Below, piece by piece: positions 30,681 through 41,183 of a stretch of 64,000 bases of DNA. The notes under the pieces are model-generated. The model saw nothing but the letters and a program-made list of their open reading frames with translations. It was not told the DNA's origin and did not search any database. The stretch's first letter is position 1. Every line of letters begins with the position of its first letter. Source of the DNA: a plasmid; sequence record NZ_CP040393.1. The stretch is one strand, 5' to 3'. Both the position numbers and the translations under genes were made by a program.

Positions 30681-31940
30681 GTGAAAGTGAGTAACCTGAA
30701 AATCACCAACGTGAAAACGATTCTGACAGCACCTGGCGGCATTGATTTGGCGGTCGTAAAGGTCGAGACCAATGAGCCGGGGCTGTATGGTCTGGGATGT
30801 GCAACATTTACCCAGCGTATCTTCGCGGTAAAAAGCGCGATCGATGAGTACATGGCGCCTTTTCTGATTGGCAAAGATCCGACGCGTATTGAGGATATCT
30901 GGCAATCAGGCGCGGTGAGCGGCTACTGGCGTAATGGCCCGATCATGAACAATGCGTTGTCCGGCGTAGACATGGCCCTGTGGGATATCAAAGGTAAGCT
31001 GGCGGGTATGCCGGTTTATGACCTGCTGGGCGGCAAATGTCGTGATGGGATCCCACTGTACTGCCACACCGACGGCGGCGATGAAGTTGAAGTGGAAGAT
31101 AACATTCGCGCCAGAATGGAAGAGGGCTACCAGTACGTTCGCTGCCAGATGGGCATGTACGGCGGCGCGGGGACCGATGATCTCAAACTGATCGCCACGC
31201 ACCTGGCGCGGGCAAAGAACATCCAGCCGAAGCGTTCGCCGCGCAGCAAAACGCCCGGTATCTACTTTGATCCGGACGCCTATGCCAAAAGCGTCCCGCG
31301 TCTGTTCGACCACCTGCGTAACAAGCTCGGCTTTGGCATCGAATTTATTCATGATGTGCATGAGCGTGTGACCCCGGTGACCGCCATTAACCTGGCCAAA
31401 ACGCTCGAACAGTATCAGCTGTTTTATCTTGAAGACCCGGTGGCACCGGAAAACATTGACTGGCTGAAAATGCTGCGCCAGCAGTCTTCCACGCCGATAT
31501 CCATGGGTGAGCTGTTTGTGAATGTGAATGAATGGAAGCCGCTCATCGACAACAAGCTCATAGACTACATTCGCTGCCACGTGAGCACCATCGGAGGTAT
31601 TACGCCGGCGAAGAAACTTGCTGTCTACAGCGAACTGAACGGTGTGCGCACCGCGTGGCACGGGCCGGGCGACATTTCCCCGGTCGGGGTCTGCGCTAAC
31701 ATGCATCTGGATTTGAGTTCACCGAACTTTGGCATTCAGGAATACACGCCAATGAACGACGCGTTGCGTGATGTCTTCCCGGGCTGTCCGGAGATTGACC
31801 ACGGTTACGCCTATCTGAACGATAAGCCGGGCCTGGGTATTGACATTGATGAAGCCAAAGCGGCGAAATATCCGTGCGAGGGGGGGATCCCGTCCTGGAC
31901 AATGGCGCGCACTCCGGACGGTACGGCCTCAAGACCATAA
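30681..31940 (+). CDS. Enolase-superfamily dehydratase of the D-mannonate dehydratase (ManD) / RspA subgroup
   Basis: Strong similarity to E. coli RspA and ManD throughout (RIEDIWQ, YW.RGP..M.A.S.VDMALWDIK.K.A.MP.Y.LLGG, DYIR, HGP.D.SPV...A..H.D, PGLGI..DE..AAKYP). Divergent from the regulator-dehydrogenase-transporter-SDR cluster. Confidence 0.9.
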   Translation: MKVSNLKITNVKTILTAPGGIDLAVVKVETNEPGLYGLGCATFTQRIFAVKSAIDEYMAPFLIGKDPTRIEDIWQSGAVSGYWRNGPIMNNALSGVDMALWDIKGKLAGMPVYDLLGGKCRDGIPLYCHTDGGDEVEVEDNIRARMEEGYQYVRCQMGMYGGAGTDDLKLIATHLARAKNIQPKRSPRSKTPGIYFDPDAYAKSVPRLFDHLRNKLGFGIEFIHDVHERVTPVTAINLAKTLEQYQLFYLEDPVAPENIDWLKMLRQQSSTPISMGELFVNVNEWKPLIDNKLIDYIRCHVSTIGGITPAKKLAVYSELNGVRTAWHGPGDISPVGVCANMHLDLSSPNFGIQEYTPMNDALRDVFPGCPEIDHGYAYLNDKPGLGIDIDEAKAAKYPCEGGIPSWTMARTPDGTASRP

Positions 31941-31948
31941 GCAATGAA

Positions 31949-31980
31949 GGCCCGGTTTGCATCTGCCGGGTCTTATTCCC
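31949..31980 (+). terminator. Putative rho-independent terminator of the dehydratase gene
   Basis: GC-rich inverted repeat cccggtttgcatctgccggg followed by a T-rich tract (tcttattccc) 9 nt after the stop codon. Confidence 0.45.
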
Positions 31981-32037
31981 GACGTCCAGATGGACTCCGT
32001 TTGAGAAACGGAAATTATTGTATATTGAGGCTGATTT

Positions 32038-32679
32038 TTAATCAGTGGCCACTTCTTTGTAAAGAGCCTGAATGCGGCATATCTGGGAGGGACTGTACCC
32101 TGTCGCGTCTGCCGTTTCCCGGATACTCAGCTTCTTAATCTGGCGGTAGTACAGGACTTTCTGATGCCGTTCCTGATCGGCCTGTTTTCCCCGGTATTTT
32201 CCCAGCGTATGGGCCCGCTCAATCCCCTGTTTTTGCCGCTGACGGCGACTCAGCCAGTCTTTATGCGACATTGCGGCCATCAGGTCGATAAGCATGTTAT
32301 TGATGGCAGTTATTACTGCTCGGGTAACAGGATCTGCCCCCGAAGGATCCTTCTCTGACAAAGCCTGCCATGAGGTTGGCACATCAAGGCTGACAATCCG
32401 CAGTTCGTGTTGTTCTATCTGTTTTTTCAGCGTCATCCAGTCGCTGTTACTCAGACGGGTCAGGCGGTCTATCTGCTCGACCAGCAAAATATCATTGCGG
32501 TGGCTGTCTATCAGTAAGCGTCCCAGTTCCGGGCGGTCAAGTTTTGTACCGCTGATGTTCTCCCGGTAGTAACTGGCTATTTTGTACCCCCGTTCCTGAA
32601 TAAACTGCTCCAGCATCTCTTTTGCCCGATCGGCGAACTGATCTTCCGTCGATGCCCTTAAATAAGCTCTGATGAACAT
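32038..32679 (-). CDS. tnpR: Serine recombinase (resolvase/invertase family) of a Tn3-family transposon remnant
   Basis: N-terminal catalytic domain (YLRASTEDQ with the active-site Ser, ..VEQIDRLTR) and a C-terminal HTH. Divergently arranged with the Tn21-type tnpA fragment. Confidence 0.8.
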   Translation of the reverse strand: MFIRAYLRASTEDQFADRAKEMLEQFIQERGYKIASYYRENISGTKLDRPELGRLLIDSHRNDILLVEQIDRLTRLSNSDWMTLKKQIEQHELRIVSLDVPTSWQALSEKDPSGADPVTRAVITAINNMLIDLMAAMSHKDWLSRRQRQKQGIERAHTLGKYRGKQADQERHQKVLYYRQIKKLSIRETADATGYSPSQICRIQALYKEVATD

Positions 32680-32846
32680 TTTTTCACCGCGTTATCGCAT
32701 TTAGGTTATTGCATTTATTCTATCGCATATAGGTTATGTCATTCGTTGTGTGACGTCACGTTTTGGTTATGGCGTCAGGGTGTACCCTTATGCGATAAGC
32801 ATTTTTGTTAAAAATACCCCACCGAATAATTTATGAGGGAAACTAT

Positions 32847-34217
32847 ATGGCAAGGAGGCAGATTCTTTCTCTGCCGGAAAGAGAATCATTACTGGCATTA
32901 CCGGACGATGAGTTAACGCTGACACGAATGGCGTATTTTAGTGAGCATGATCTGGCGCTTATCAGTGCTCACCGTAAACCCGCCAGCCGTTTTGGTTTTG
33001 CCGTCCTTCTTTGCTATCTGAAAAATGTCGGCTTTGCACCGGATAAAAAAATCCCACCTTCTGATGCTCTGCTGAAGCATATCGCCAGCAGGCTAAAACT
33101 TATCGGGAATCTCTGGCCTGCTTACCTTTCCGGCAGGGAAACCACGCGACGCGAACATTTAACCGAACTGTACCGCTATCTTGGAGTAAAAGCGTTCACC
33201 GGCAAAATACAGCAGGACTGTATTACACACCTGCTGCCGATGGCGACGCGCACCGATAAAGGTATTCTCCTGGGCGAAGAACTGCTGGTCTGGCTCCGGA
33301 AGAACAACGTGATAATCCCCGCGATTGATGTCGTGGAGCGTACCTGTGCGGAGGCCATGGCTGGCGGCGGTAAAATCGTATTTCAGACCCTGAATGCCCC
33401 GTTAACTCCGGCTCACAGGGATGCCCTGGATCGTCTACTTGATTCCTCAGATAATCAGTCTTCCAGGCTGACATGGCTTCTGCAACCGCCGGGTAAAATC
33501 AATGGTAAGAACGTGCTGCAACACCTTGATCGGCTCAGTAGCATTGAATCGCTGGCATTACCTGAAGGTATAGATCGTACCATTCACCAGAACCGGTTGC
33601 TGAAACTGGCGCGGGAAGGCCGAAAGATGAGTAGCCGGGATTTGACCCGATTTTCAGCAGCCCGGCGTCATGCGATCCTGGTGTGCGTGCTGGAAGAAGC
33701 CAGAGCCACACTGACAGATGAAGTGATTGAGCTGCATGAACGCATGCTGAACAGCCTGTTCAGCAAAGCCAAAAGAACACAGGCTGAGCGCCTTCAACAG
33801 ACCGGCAAGCTGATCCAGTCAAAACTGAGGCAGTACATCGATGTCGGCCAGGCTCTGTCTGAAGCCCGTGATTCCGGTGGCGATCCATGGCTCGCAATAG
33901 AAAACATACTGCCATGGCCTCAATTTGTCGCCAGTCTGGAGGAAACACGCCATCTCGCCAGGAAAAATAATTTTGATCCGCTGCATATTATTACTGAGAA
34001 ATACAGCACATTACGGAAATATGCCCCGCGCATGTTGTCCGCTTTACAGTTAGTCGCCACCCCGGCAGCGCAACCTCTGGCTGATGCGCTGGTTGTGATC
34101 AAGGATATGTACCGGAAGCAGTCACGTAAAGTTCCGGCGACAGCGCCGCTTGAGTTTGTCCCTGAAAGCTGGCGCAAAGTGGTGATTACACCTGCGGGTA
34201 TTGACCGGCAGTACTAG
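32847..34217 (+). pseudogene. tnpA: Tn3-family (Tn21-subgroup) transposase TnpA, N-terminal ~457 aa only. The reading frame ends exactly where a foreign 38-bp terminal IR begins.
   Basis: MARRQILS..ERESLLALPD......Y.F...DL..I...R....RLGFAV.LCYL and later blocks (HQNRLLK.AREG, ...IDRQY) match the first half of the Tn21 TnpA family. Full-length TnpA is ~990 aa. The stop TAG overlaps GGGGTTTGATGC... at 34217. Confidence 0.85.
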
Positions 34218-34254
34218 GGGTTTGATGCTCAACGGAACGGTTTCACACGCTAAG
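34217..34254 (+). repeat. 38-bp Tn3-family terminal inverted repeat (GGGGTTTGATGCTCAACGGAACGGTTTCACACGCTAAG), outer end at 34217
   Basis: Begins with GGGG and ends ..ACGCTAAG like Tn21-group IRs. It directly abuts the truncated tnpA. Confidence 0.6.
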
Positions 34255-34339
34255 AGCTTTTTGTCCGATAAATCAGAATATTATGGACAGTGAAAAATGC
34301 GCCTAAAGCGGCGTACTTTTAATCGATTTTTCAGACGAC

Positions 34340-34377
34340 CTTTCTCACCTAACGTGAGTTTTCGTTCCACTGAGCGT
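34340..34377 (-). repeat. 38-bp Tn3-type terminal inverted repeat (reverse complement GGGGCTGACGCTCAGTGGAACGAAAACTCACGTTAGG), outer end at 34377
   Basis: Matches the Tn3/Tn2 IR (GGGGTCTGACGCTCAGTGGAACGAAAACTCACGTTAAG) at about 35 of 38 positions. Together with the IR at 34217 it bounds a 161-bp segment. Confidence 0.75.
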
Positions 34378-34641
34378 CAGCCCCCGTTTCCACGGGCACG
34401 CCCACGGCTTAACACCCATTTCCAGCGCCTCGATGATGCTGTCTGTCACGGTCTGGTAGATATCGGGTCTGGCTTTGGAAAATTTCGTTTTTGAGGAGCC
34501 TGACTGCTCCAGCGGGGATACGCTGGTCGCCGGTGCGGATTTAGGAGCGGTTGTCCGGGTATGCAGGTTCATAGTCATGGTGGTTTCTCCGTCAGTGTGA
34601 ATTTCGTCTTCGTATCGCCTGACGGTTCGCTTTTCCGACAT
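34378..34641 (-). pseudogene. ardC: ArdC-like antirestriction protein (DUF1738 N-terminal ssDNA-binding domain), 5' fragment truncated by the Tn3-type IR
   Basis: The translation ..DIYQTVTDSIIEALEMGVKPW.CPW.. is the conserved N-terminal ArdC/DUF1738 motif. The ORF runs into the IR at 34377, so only ~85 aa remain. Confidence 0.55.
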
Positions 34642-34939
34642 CGTTCCGGCCAGCAAGGGCGCTGAATGCGTGCCATTTACCCTTGTGGGACGGGTTGTGT
34701 TGGTAAACGATTACCGGAAGCTGATTCGAAAGAGAAAGGAGCACAGGAGAAAATGACGGCAGGCATTCCCGGACTTACCGCCCCTTAAGCAGCACTGGTG
34801 AAATTATTTCTGGTACAGATTAACGCCGCGCATCGGCAAAATGATGCCTCTAATTTCCATATATTGCTCAGCTTCCTACTGCTTGTTTGTTCTCTGTTAG
34901 AATAGGCGGATTACGTTATTCTGGTTTCGAGGTTTATTC

Positions 34940-35482
34940 GTGAACATTGATGAAGTAGCCAAGTGGCGTCCTTTTACGGATCCAGAGGGCAACATATGGG
35001 ATTTGTCATTTCTTGACGCACATGAGGTTACTTATACTCATTGTTCTCCCGGTAAACCTGACATCGTGTACAAGTTTATTGTGTCTTACTCGTTTCATTG
35101 TTTTTGTAAGGATTACCCGGAGCAGACTGAGGAAGAAAAATCGGCATTGATGTATAACGCAGGGAAAGACAAGAGACCATTTTGTAAGACTCGATATGCT
35201 CTTGCTAGGGACAGGCTGCGAGCAATCATTGAAGAATTGGGTAACGCAAAGGTTATCCATGCTGGCTATGGTAGCTATGCTGTTGTAGAGATTACGGTAA
35301 ATGAAGGTGAAAGTGAGTTCTACTTCGTGCCCTTTAAGGTTTATCGTGAGCGTAAAAAGCTGCGTCTTCATGTTACCAGTGCTTATCCTGTCAGCGAACG
35401 ACCGTCAGGTAAACCGGTTAGCTTTTTCAAGATCGCCCACAATCTTTTACGTGGGAAACCATTACCTAAACCCCAGATGTAA
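34940..35482 (+). CDS. Hypothetical protein (low-GC, Cys-rich N-terminal half)
   Basis: 180-aa ORF in ~40% GC DNA with a GTG start listed by the ORF track. No recognisable domain. Confidence 0.35.
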   Translation: MNIDEVAKWRPFTDPEGNIWDLSFLDAHEVTYTHCSPGKPDIVYKFIVSYSFHCFCKDYPEQTEEEKSALMYNAGKDKRPFCKTRYALARDRLRAIIEELGNAKVIHAGYGSYAVVEITVNEGESEFYFVPFKVYRERKKLRLHVTSAYPVSERPSGKPVSFFKIAHNLLRGKPLPKPQM

Positions 35483-36013
35483 CAAAGCCCGCTTTGTAGC
35501 GGGCTTCGCCAGAATTTCTTCTGGTATTCAGAACACCTTTACCGGGCTTGGCCTCGACCAACATTGCTGCTGGTAGTGGGATGTCTGGTATCACCAGTCT
35601 GCTGCATCCTTAAAACAATTGTAGGTAGTGTGATGTAGATTTGCAACCACAATGTGTGGTTGCACCTATATACTAACTTTTCTCGATCTCCCCACAATCC
35701 CTTTCTGTATCGGGATTTCTGGAAATAGCCGACTAAAGAAACCTATAACCTAACTGCTATTCTGCGGTTCATGATGTTAGACGGATTTCCCCACCATATC
35801 GAAACCGGGTATGCCGAAAAAACGGGAAAATTTCACGGTAAAGGCTCCGATTTAACATATAACACCTTAACCGCACCGGCCCTGTGTATTGCTGCATGCT
35901 TCACAGCTTTTACCTGACAACCTACCTAAAGTAAAAAATGGCATTAGGTTAGTGACTGGCTCTCCATTATGAGGGAGTCATACTCTGGGATTACAACACA
36001 AGGAACACAATAT

Positions 36014-36175
36014 ATGGCAAATTACTGGTCCGGCCAGAAATGTCCTGAAACAGGCACCTATGGTCAGTATCATGATACGAATAACGCTTACGCAGGCTCT
36101 GAACACGATCGTCACGTTAAAAAAGACGACAATTTCCCCCCCAGCCTGAATAACTATCACTTTAAAAAGAAATAA
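36014..36175 (+). CDS. Small hypothetical protein (53 aa, MANYWSGQKCPETG...)
   Basis: AAGGA Shine-Dalgarno sequence ~9 nt upstream and a GC hairpin plus T-tract (ggggcgaaagccccattttca, 36192-36212) just after the stop. Confidence 0.3.
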   Translation: MANYWSGQKCPETGTYGQYHDTNNAYAGSEHDRHVKKDDNFPPSLNNYHFKKK

Positions 36176-36241
36176 CCAACGTCCTATCTATGGGGCGAAA
36201 GCCCCATTTTCAGTTCAGACAGTCCAACCTTCCATCTTGTA

Positions 36242-36290
36242 TTTGGGGTTTGGGGTTTGGGGTTTGGGGTTTGGGGTTTGGGGTTTGGGG
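36242..36290. repeat. Perfect heptanucleotide tandem repeat (TTTGGGG)x7
   Basis: Seven exact units read directly from the sequence. The G-rich strand could form a G-quadruplex. The units are contiguous with no spacer-like sequences between them. Confidence 0.95.
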
Positions 36291-36479
36291 AGCAACAGTG
36301 TGAAAAACCACGCTAAGGAACTAACAGTCTGAAATATCATGACTTATGAGACTGCGTTTTTGAGGCTAAAAAGTAGTTCCATATATCGTTTTTTGATTGT
36401 TTGAGACTGGACCGTATCAGAATCGATTTTTGATACCGCTTAACGTGGTTTTTTTACATCATTGGCCGTCAACCCCCGA

Positions 36480-36567
36480 TACCGGATGCCAGCTGAAAGC
36501 ACTTTCCGGAAAGGCATATTTCAGCGCAAACGCAATCTGTTCTTTGGTATAACGGGTCTTTTTCATG
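36480..36567 (-). pseudogene. Remnant of an IS3-family transposase orfA 5' end
   Basis: The minus-strand translation MKKTRYTKEQIAFALKYA matches the conserved IS3-family OrfA N-terminus for ~17 residues, then diverges and terminates. Confidence 0.3.
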
Positions 36568-36740
36568 GCGATGTACCTCCCGGCGAGCTTGAAGAAAGAC
36601 CGGAGACTTTAGTTTAGACTGGCACTGTTTTCAGGGAGGAGATCAAACGAAGCTGTATTCTTCCCTGATCCTGTCATTCAGTTTATCCGGAGGGCAGTTA
36701 GCCGGTAAAAACCACGCCCTCCGGTTCACAATAAAGCAGC

Positions 36741-38693
36741 TTAGCGCGCGGCAAAGAACGCCAGCGCCGCCTCCAGATTCCTGGCCTGTTCTTCGAGTGA
36801 CATGGCCGCTGCGGAAATCTGTTGCACCAGTGAGGCATTTTGCTGGGTGGCGCTGTCCATCTGATTCACCGCCTCGCTCACCTGACTCACGCCTTTCGTC
36901 TGCTCATCCAGTGCCTGCACAATCTCGGCAATGACCAGATGCACGCTGGATACCGATTCGATGATTTGCTTCATCATCGCCCCGGTCTCATTCACCAGCG
37001 CCACACCTTTACTGACGCGCCCGGACGACTCCGCAATCAGTGCCGAAATCTCCCTGGCCGCGCTGGCGCTGCGCTGTGCAAGGTTACGTACTTCACCCGC
37101 CACCACCGCAAAACCTCTGCCCTGTTCGCCAGCCCGGGCGGCTTCGACCGCCGCGTTCAGCGCCAGAATATTGGTCTGGAAAGCAATGCTGTCGATGATA
37201 CTGTTGATATCGCCAATCTTGATGGCGCTCTCATCAATCTTGCCGATGATATCCACCACCTCATTCACCAGCGCTTCGCCCTGCCCGGCAATCTGCGCTG
37301 CGTTCTGTGTCAGCGATGTCGCCTTGTGCGCGTTCCCGGCGTTGTTTTTTACGGTCACGGAAATCTGTTCCATGCTCGCTGCGGTCTGCACAATCGCCGC
37401 TGCCTGCTCCTCGGTTCGCGAGGCCAGATCGAGGTTTCCGGCCGCAATTTCGCTGCTGCCGGAGCGCACGGAACTACTGGCATCACTGATGCTACCGACG
37501 ATGCGCCGGAGTTGCTCCTGCATGGTATGCAGGGCATAGAAAATGCTGCTGTTATCGCCCGCGCGTACCGGGATCTCATTACTCAAATCCCCCTGCGCCA
37601 CGGACAGCGCTATCTCTGACGCCTCTGTCGGCTCCCCCCCCACCGGACGTGCAACCTTACGGGTGAACACCAGCGCCACCACCACACTGACAATAATAAT
37701 GCTCAGGATCATCAGGATGATGGCGTTACGCAGGTAGTGCCAGGCTTCGGCCATCACCACACTCACCGGGGTCACAATCGCCAGCTTCCACGGCGTCCGA
37801 CTGTTACCAATCTCGATGGTACGCCAGGTAATAAACGCCGGCTCTTTTAATATCTTATCGTCTGCGCGAATCACCGCTTTCCCGCCGATGGTCCCCGTCC
37901 AGGGTTTACCCGCTGCGGCCTTATCCGGACTGGAAACCACTTTATTGTCTGCCGAGAGCAATACCGCGTAACCCGTTCCTTCCCACGGCTTTATCGCGCC
38001 AGTCATTTTTTGCAGCGTTTCCAGCGAGAAATCCGATGTAACCGAGCCCTGAAACTTACCGTCGCGAATAATCGGTGCCGCGATGGAGGTCAGCATCACA
38101 TCCACGCCGTTATAGGGGTAGATATACGGCTCGAGAATGACCTCTGTCTGGCGCTGACGCGGCAGCAGGTAGTAATCGCCGCTACCCGGTGTTTCATAAT
38201 CCACCAGGTTATGCAGCGCCGGATGGCCGCTGTTATCGCGATCAACATAGCGTGCATAACGGCCAGCCGGATCCTGATCTGCTTTTCCCGCGAATTCCGC
38301 GTCCTTGCCATCGAATGCATTTGCCTCAAAAGCCAGTGACATCGACAGAAAATCAGGATGATGATGCAGATAATCACTCAGCAACTGGTCCAGTCCGCGC
38401 CGGTCAGCGAGCCCCGCCTGGTGCAACGCCCAGGCGCTGTTACCCAAATCACGGGCGGCGTTCAGCGCCGAGTCCAGCTGTTGCTGAATACGTAATGATT
38501 CAGTGAGCGCTATTTGCTGCAGATGTTTCCTGGCGACGGCGTCCTGCTGGCCCATTGATTGCCAGAGCAGCAGACCGATGGTGACCAGGAACCCGGCAGT
38601 GATGGTGACAAAAATAGATACCAGCATTAGCGTTCTGGCTTTTACTTTTTTCCCGGCAGATTTCATTGCGCCCATATTCTTCTCCGACATCAC
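36741..38693 (-). CDS. Methyl-accepting chemotaxis protein with a periplasmic dCache-type sensor, HAMP domain and MA signalling domain
   Basis: Two transmembrane segments flank a ~280-aa periplasmic domain. Highly conserved MCP signalling hairpin ([46 protein letters not shown]) and methylation-site heptads. Confidence 0.88.
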   Translation of the reverse strand: MMSEKNMGAMKSAGKKVKARTLMLVSIFVTITAGFLVTIGLLLWQSMGQQDAVARKHLQQIALTESLRIQQQLDSALNAARDLGNSAWALHQAGLADRRGLDQLLSDYLHHHPDFLSMSLAFEANAFDGKDAEFAGKADQDPAGRYARYVDRDNSGHPALHNLVDYETPGSGDYYLLPRQRQTEVILEPYIYPYNGVDVMLTSIAAPIIRDGKFQGSVTSDFSLETLQKMTGAIKPWEGTGYAVLLSADNKVVSSPDKAAAGKPWTGTIGGKAVIRADDKILKEPAFITWRTIEIGNSRTPWKLAIVTPVSVVMAEAWHYLRNAIILMILSIIIVSVVVALVFTRKVARPVGGEPTEASEIALSVAQGDLSNEIPVRAGDNSSIFYALHTMQEQLRRIVGSISDASSSVRSGSSEIAAGNLDLASRTEEQAAAIVQTAASMEQISVTVKNNAGNAHKATSLTQNAAQIAGQGEALVNEVVDIIGKIDESAIKIGDINSIIDSIAFQTNILALNAAVEAARAGEQGRGFAVVAGEVRNLAQRSASAAREISALIAESSGRVSKGVALVNETGAMMKQIIESVSSVHLVIAEIVQALDEQTKGVSQVSEAVNQMDSATQQNASLVQQISAAAMSLEEQARNLEAALAFFAAR

Positions 38694-40052
38694 GTAACAC
38701 AGGGTGGGTATGTCATATATCGACCTGTGTACAGGTGGATTTAGATTAAATTTTGTTTACACCGGAAAGTGAGAGTGGCGGGCACAGTTTATACCATAAA
38801 ATCAATGATATAGATCATACATATAAACCGTCATCATGGCGTTGACGATACGGCCTTCCAGCTGGAATTGTTCTACAACATGGCCCTGCGTCACAGTCAT
38901 CTCGGTGGCGTCAGTCCGGAGGCCTTTGAACAGGCCCCGTCGTGAGGACAGGATGTCTACGGTTGTGGGAGCAGTCCACCTGCAGCAGGCAGGCACTTCC
39001 GTCCTGGCCCAGGCCAACCAGGTCCCGCTGACAATGCTTTCGCTGCTGCGCTGATATCCATCACGTCCTTCATGGCGGGAATTCCGGAGAGAGGCCCGTC
39101 CGGGTAACCGGCGGGTCCGGGGTTCGGTTCAGAATCTCAGTTTGTAAAGAAAATAGTTAAATACTTTCCTGAGAATCAGACATTATAAATATTTTCAAAG
39201 CTCAGGACAGGGCGGTTACGTTATTTTATGCGGAACGGCTTCAACGGGCGGGCGGTAAAAATTTTTCACCGGTTCAGTACAGACTAAAAAATCACTTTTA
39301 TACGAAACCTCTGCCTTAATGTCTGAAAATGGTTGTGGGTTTATAATAATTAACTTAACGCCTGCGCCTGTTTTCAAGTCTTTTTGAATTGACAAGTTTA
39401 TAATGCCTGCAGAATGAAAAGATTATCAATACTATCAGCACCAGTATTGCAAGCAGATAAAACAGAGTCATAGCTGGTTAGCCATCAGGTTGTATTATCG
39501 CGAATAATACTTTTCATGTCGGGACAAGTCCAGTCACCCTGTTATAAATAGGAGTCGCCTCAGTAATCGCTGTTCGCTGTATTTATCATTTTTGCTGGCA
39601 GAAAAAATGGTTACTAATTACTGGTCTTCCCACCATTGCATTTAAAACCAATTATCCCGGGGTATACAAAACGTTTACTGCACCCGCTTTCCTTCTGACC
39701 AATTCCTCCCTCCATGAGGACGTCCACCTGTCCGGCCTGCTGCTCTCTCTACGATCATCCCGGCACCACCTGCGGGAATAAATGAATCCGCACCGGTATT
39801 ATGGCCTGCCCGCTCATTTTGTAAGCACACACGTTTTAGTTCCACGCACTTTTTGAGATTTCCGGAGTTTCAGTCATCAGCCGGTACCGGTAATGACCAA
39901 CGTTTCTTACAATAACAGCGAACAGTTGCAAGGTAGGACAAAGATAAAAGCCTGCTGAAGACGGGCAACGTCTGCCTGACGGGAACTAACGTGACCAGAG
40001 GCAGAACGCTGGCGGTGGTGGTGATTACTAATCAGGCGGCTCCAGAAGAAAC

Positions 40053-41183
40053 TTAAGCGGGTGACCTCCCTCCATCGTCGGTGTTATCCATTTCCTGAGA
40101 TCTGAGACGTTTGCTTTCGTATAATCTGTCATCCGCAGCGCGCAGAAGCGCATCTAAATCCGCAGAAGAAGTACACGAGCTCGCCGATCCAATGCTGCAA
40201 CTGAGGTGCACCGTTGCGCAAGATAACTCGAATGGCAGCCGCAAATTTTCATTTAGTAGCTCTCTCAGCAATTCTGATTCATCTTCATCATGAAGAATCT
40301 TTTGTAACACGACAAACTCATCACCACCAATTCTGGCGACAGTTGTCCCTTCCGGCACTATTCTGTTAATACGATTTGCCACGGTAATAAGCACCTCATC
40401 GCCTGTGGCGTGGCCATACCTGTCGTTGACGCCCTTAAAACCATCAAGGTCAAGGCAATGAATGGTAATTTTTCCAGCGGTGAACAGGATGTGACGAAAC
40501 GCTTCTCTTAAGCCTAGCCGGTTTGCCAGACCGGTCAGCGGGTCGTTACGCGCGAGTCTCTCCATATCCAGACGCAGGCTGATATTACGTACCGAATTGC
40601 GGTGTATATAAATCACACTATGGATACCGCCTGATAAGAACAAGAGGAAGATGACCGCGACAATACGTTGGGAAACGCTTCCCACCGCGTATGAGCAAAT
40701 AATGGTGGGCACGGCGGCAATAATCATGGCAGTACTGGCAATCAATGGCCGCGGAGCTAATCGCGTGGAAACCCCGGCGCAGTATCCAAATAAAAGTGCG
40801 GTTGCCAGTAAATGCAACTCAGAAAAGGTAGACAGAAACATTAATGACGCTAACCCGCCCACAGAGGATGATACCACTGTGGTCATGGTAATATGCGCCA
40901 GTTCCCAGTGTCTCGACTCACCTAATCCAGGAAGTTCATCAAAACTGTTCCTGCGTAGTTGCAGTAATATAACGAATACTTTACCAACGGACCCACCCCC
41001 TCCCATAATTGTCAGAAACAATAAAGTATCAATATTCCGGAGCGAAAAAGCATAAGCCCCTATAAGAACAATGGTCATTCCCATTATACTTGTCGGAATC
41101 AGGGTGCGGGAAAGCTCGGCAACTAACGCTCTGTAGACATCTGGGGGATCCTTGCGGAAAAATCTCACATACATTTCTTTCAA
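40053..41183 (-). CDS. Membrane-anchored diguanylate cyclase (GGDEF domain)
   Basis: N-terminal multi-transmembrane sensor region, then DPLTGLANR, RIGGDEFVVL (GGDEF) and the other GGDEF-domain blocks. Confidence 0.85.
   Translation of the reverse strand: MKEMYVRFFRKDPPDVYRALVAELSRTLIPTSIMGMTIVLIGAYAFSLRNIDTLLFLTIMGGGGSVGKVFVILLQLRRNSFDELPGLGESRHWELAHITMTTVVSSSVGGLASLMFLSTFSELHLLATALLFGYCAGVSTRLAPRPLIASTAMIIAAVPTIICSYAVGSVSQRIVAVIFLLFLSGGIHSVIYIHRNSVRNISLRLDMERLARNDPLTGLANRLGLREAFRHILFTAGKITIHCLDLDGFKGVNDRYGHATGDEVLITVANRINRIVPEGTTVARIGGDEFVVLQKILHDEDESELLRELLNENLRLPFELSCATVHLSCSIGSASSCTSSADLDALLRAADDRLYESKRLRSQEMDNTDDGGRSPA

Noticed and set aside
36242-36290. The (TTTGGGG)7 repeat as a possible CRISPR array
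   Set aside because: Units are contiguous 7-mers with no spacers and no cas genes nearby. It is a simple tandem repeat.
36840-37619. 259-aa plus-strand ORF inside the first MCP gene
   Set aside because: Antisense to the highly conserved MCP signalling domain. Arg/His-rich junk translation.
40651-41055. 134-aa plus-strand ORF inside the diguanylate cyclase gene
   Set aside because: Antisense to the membrane domain of a well-supported GGDEF protein.
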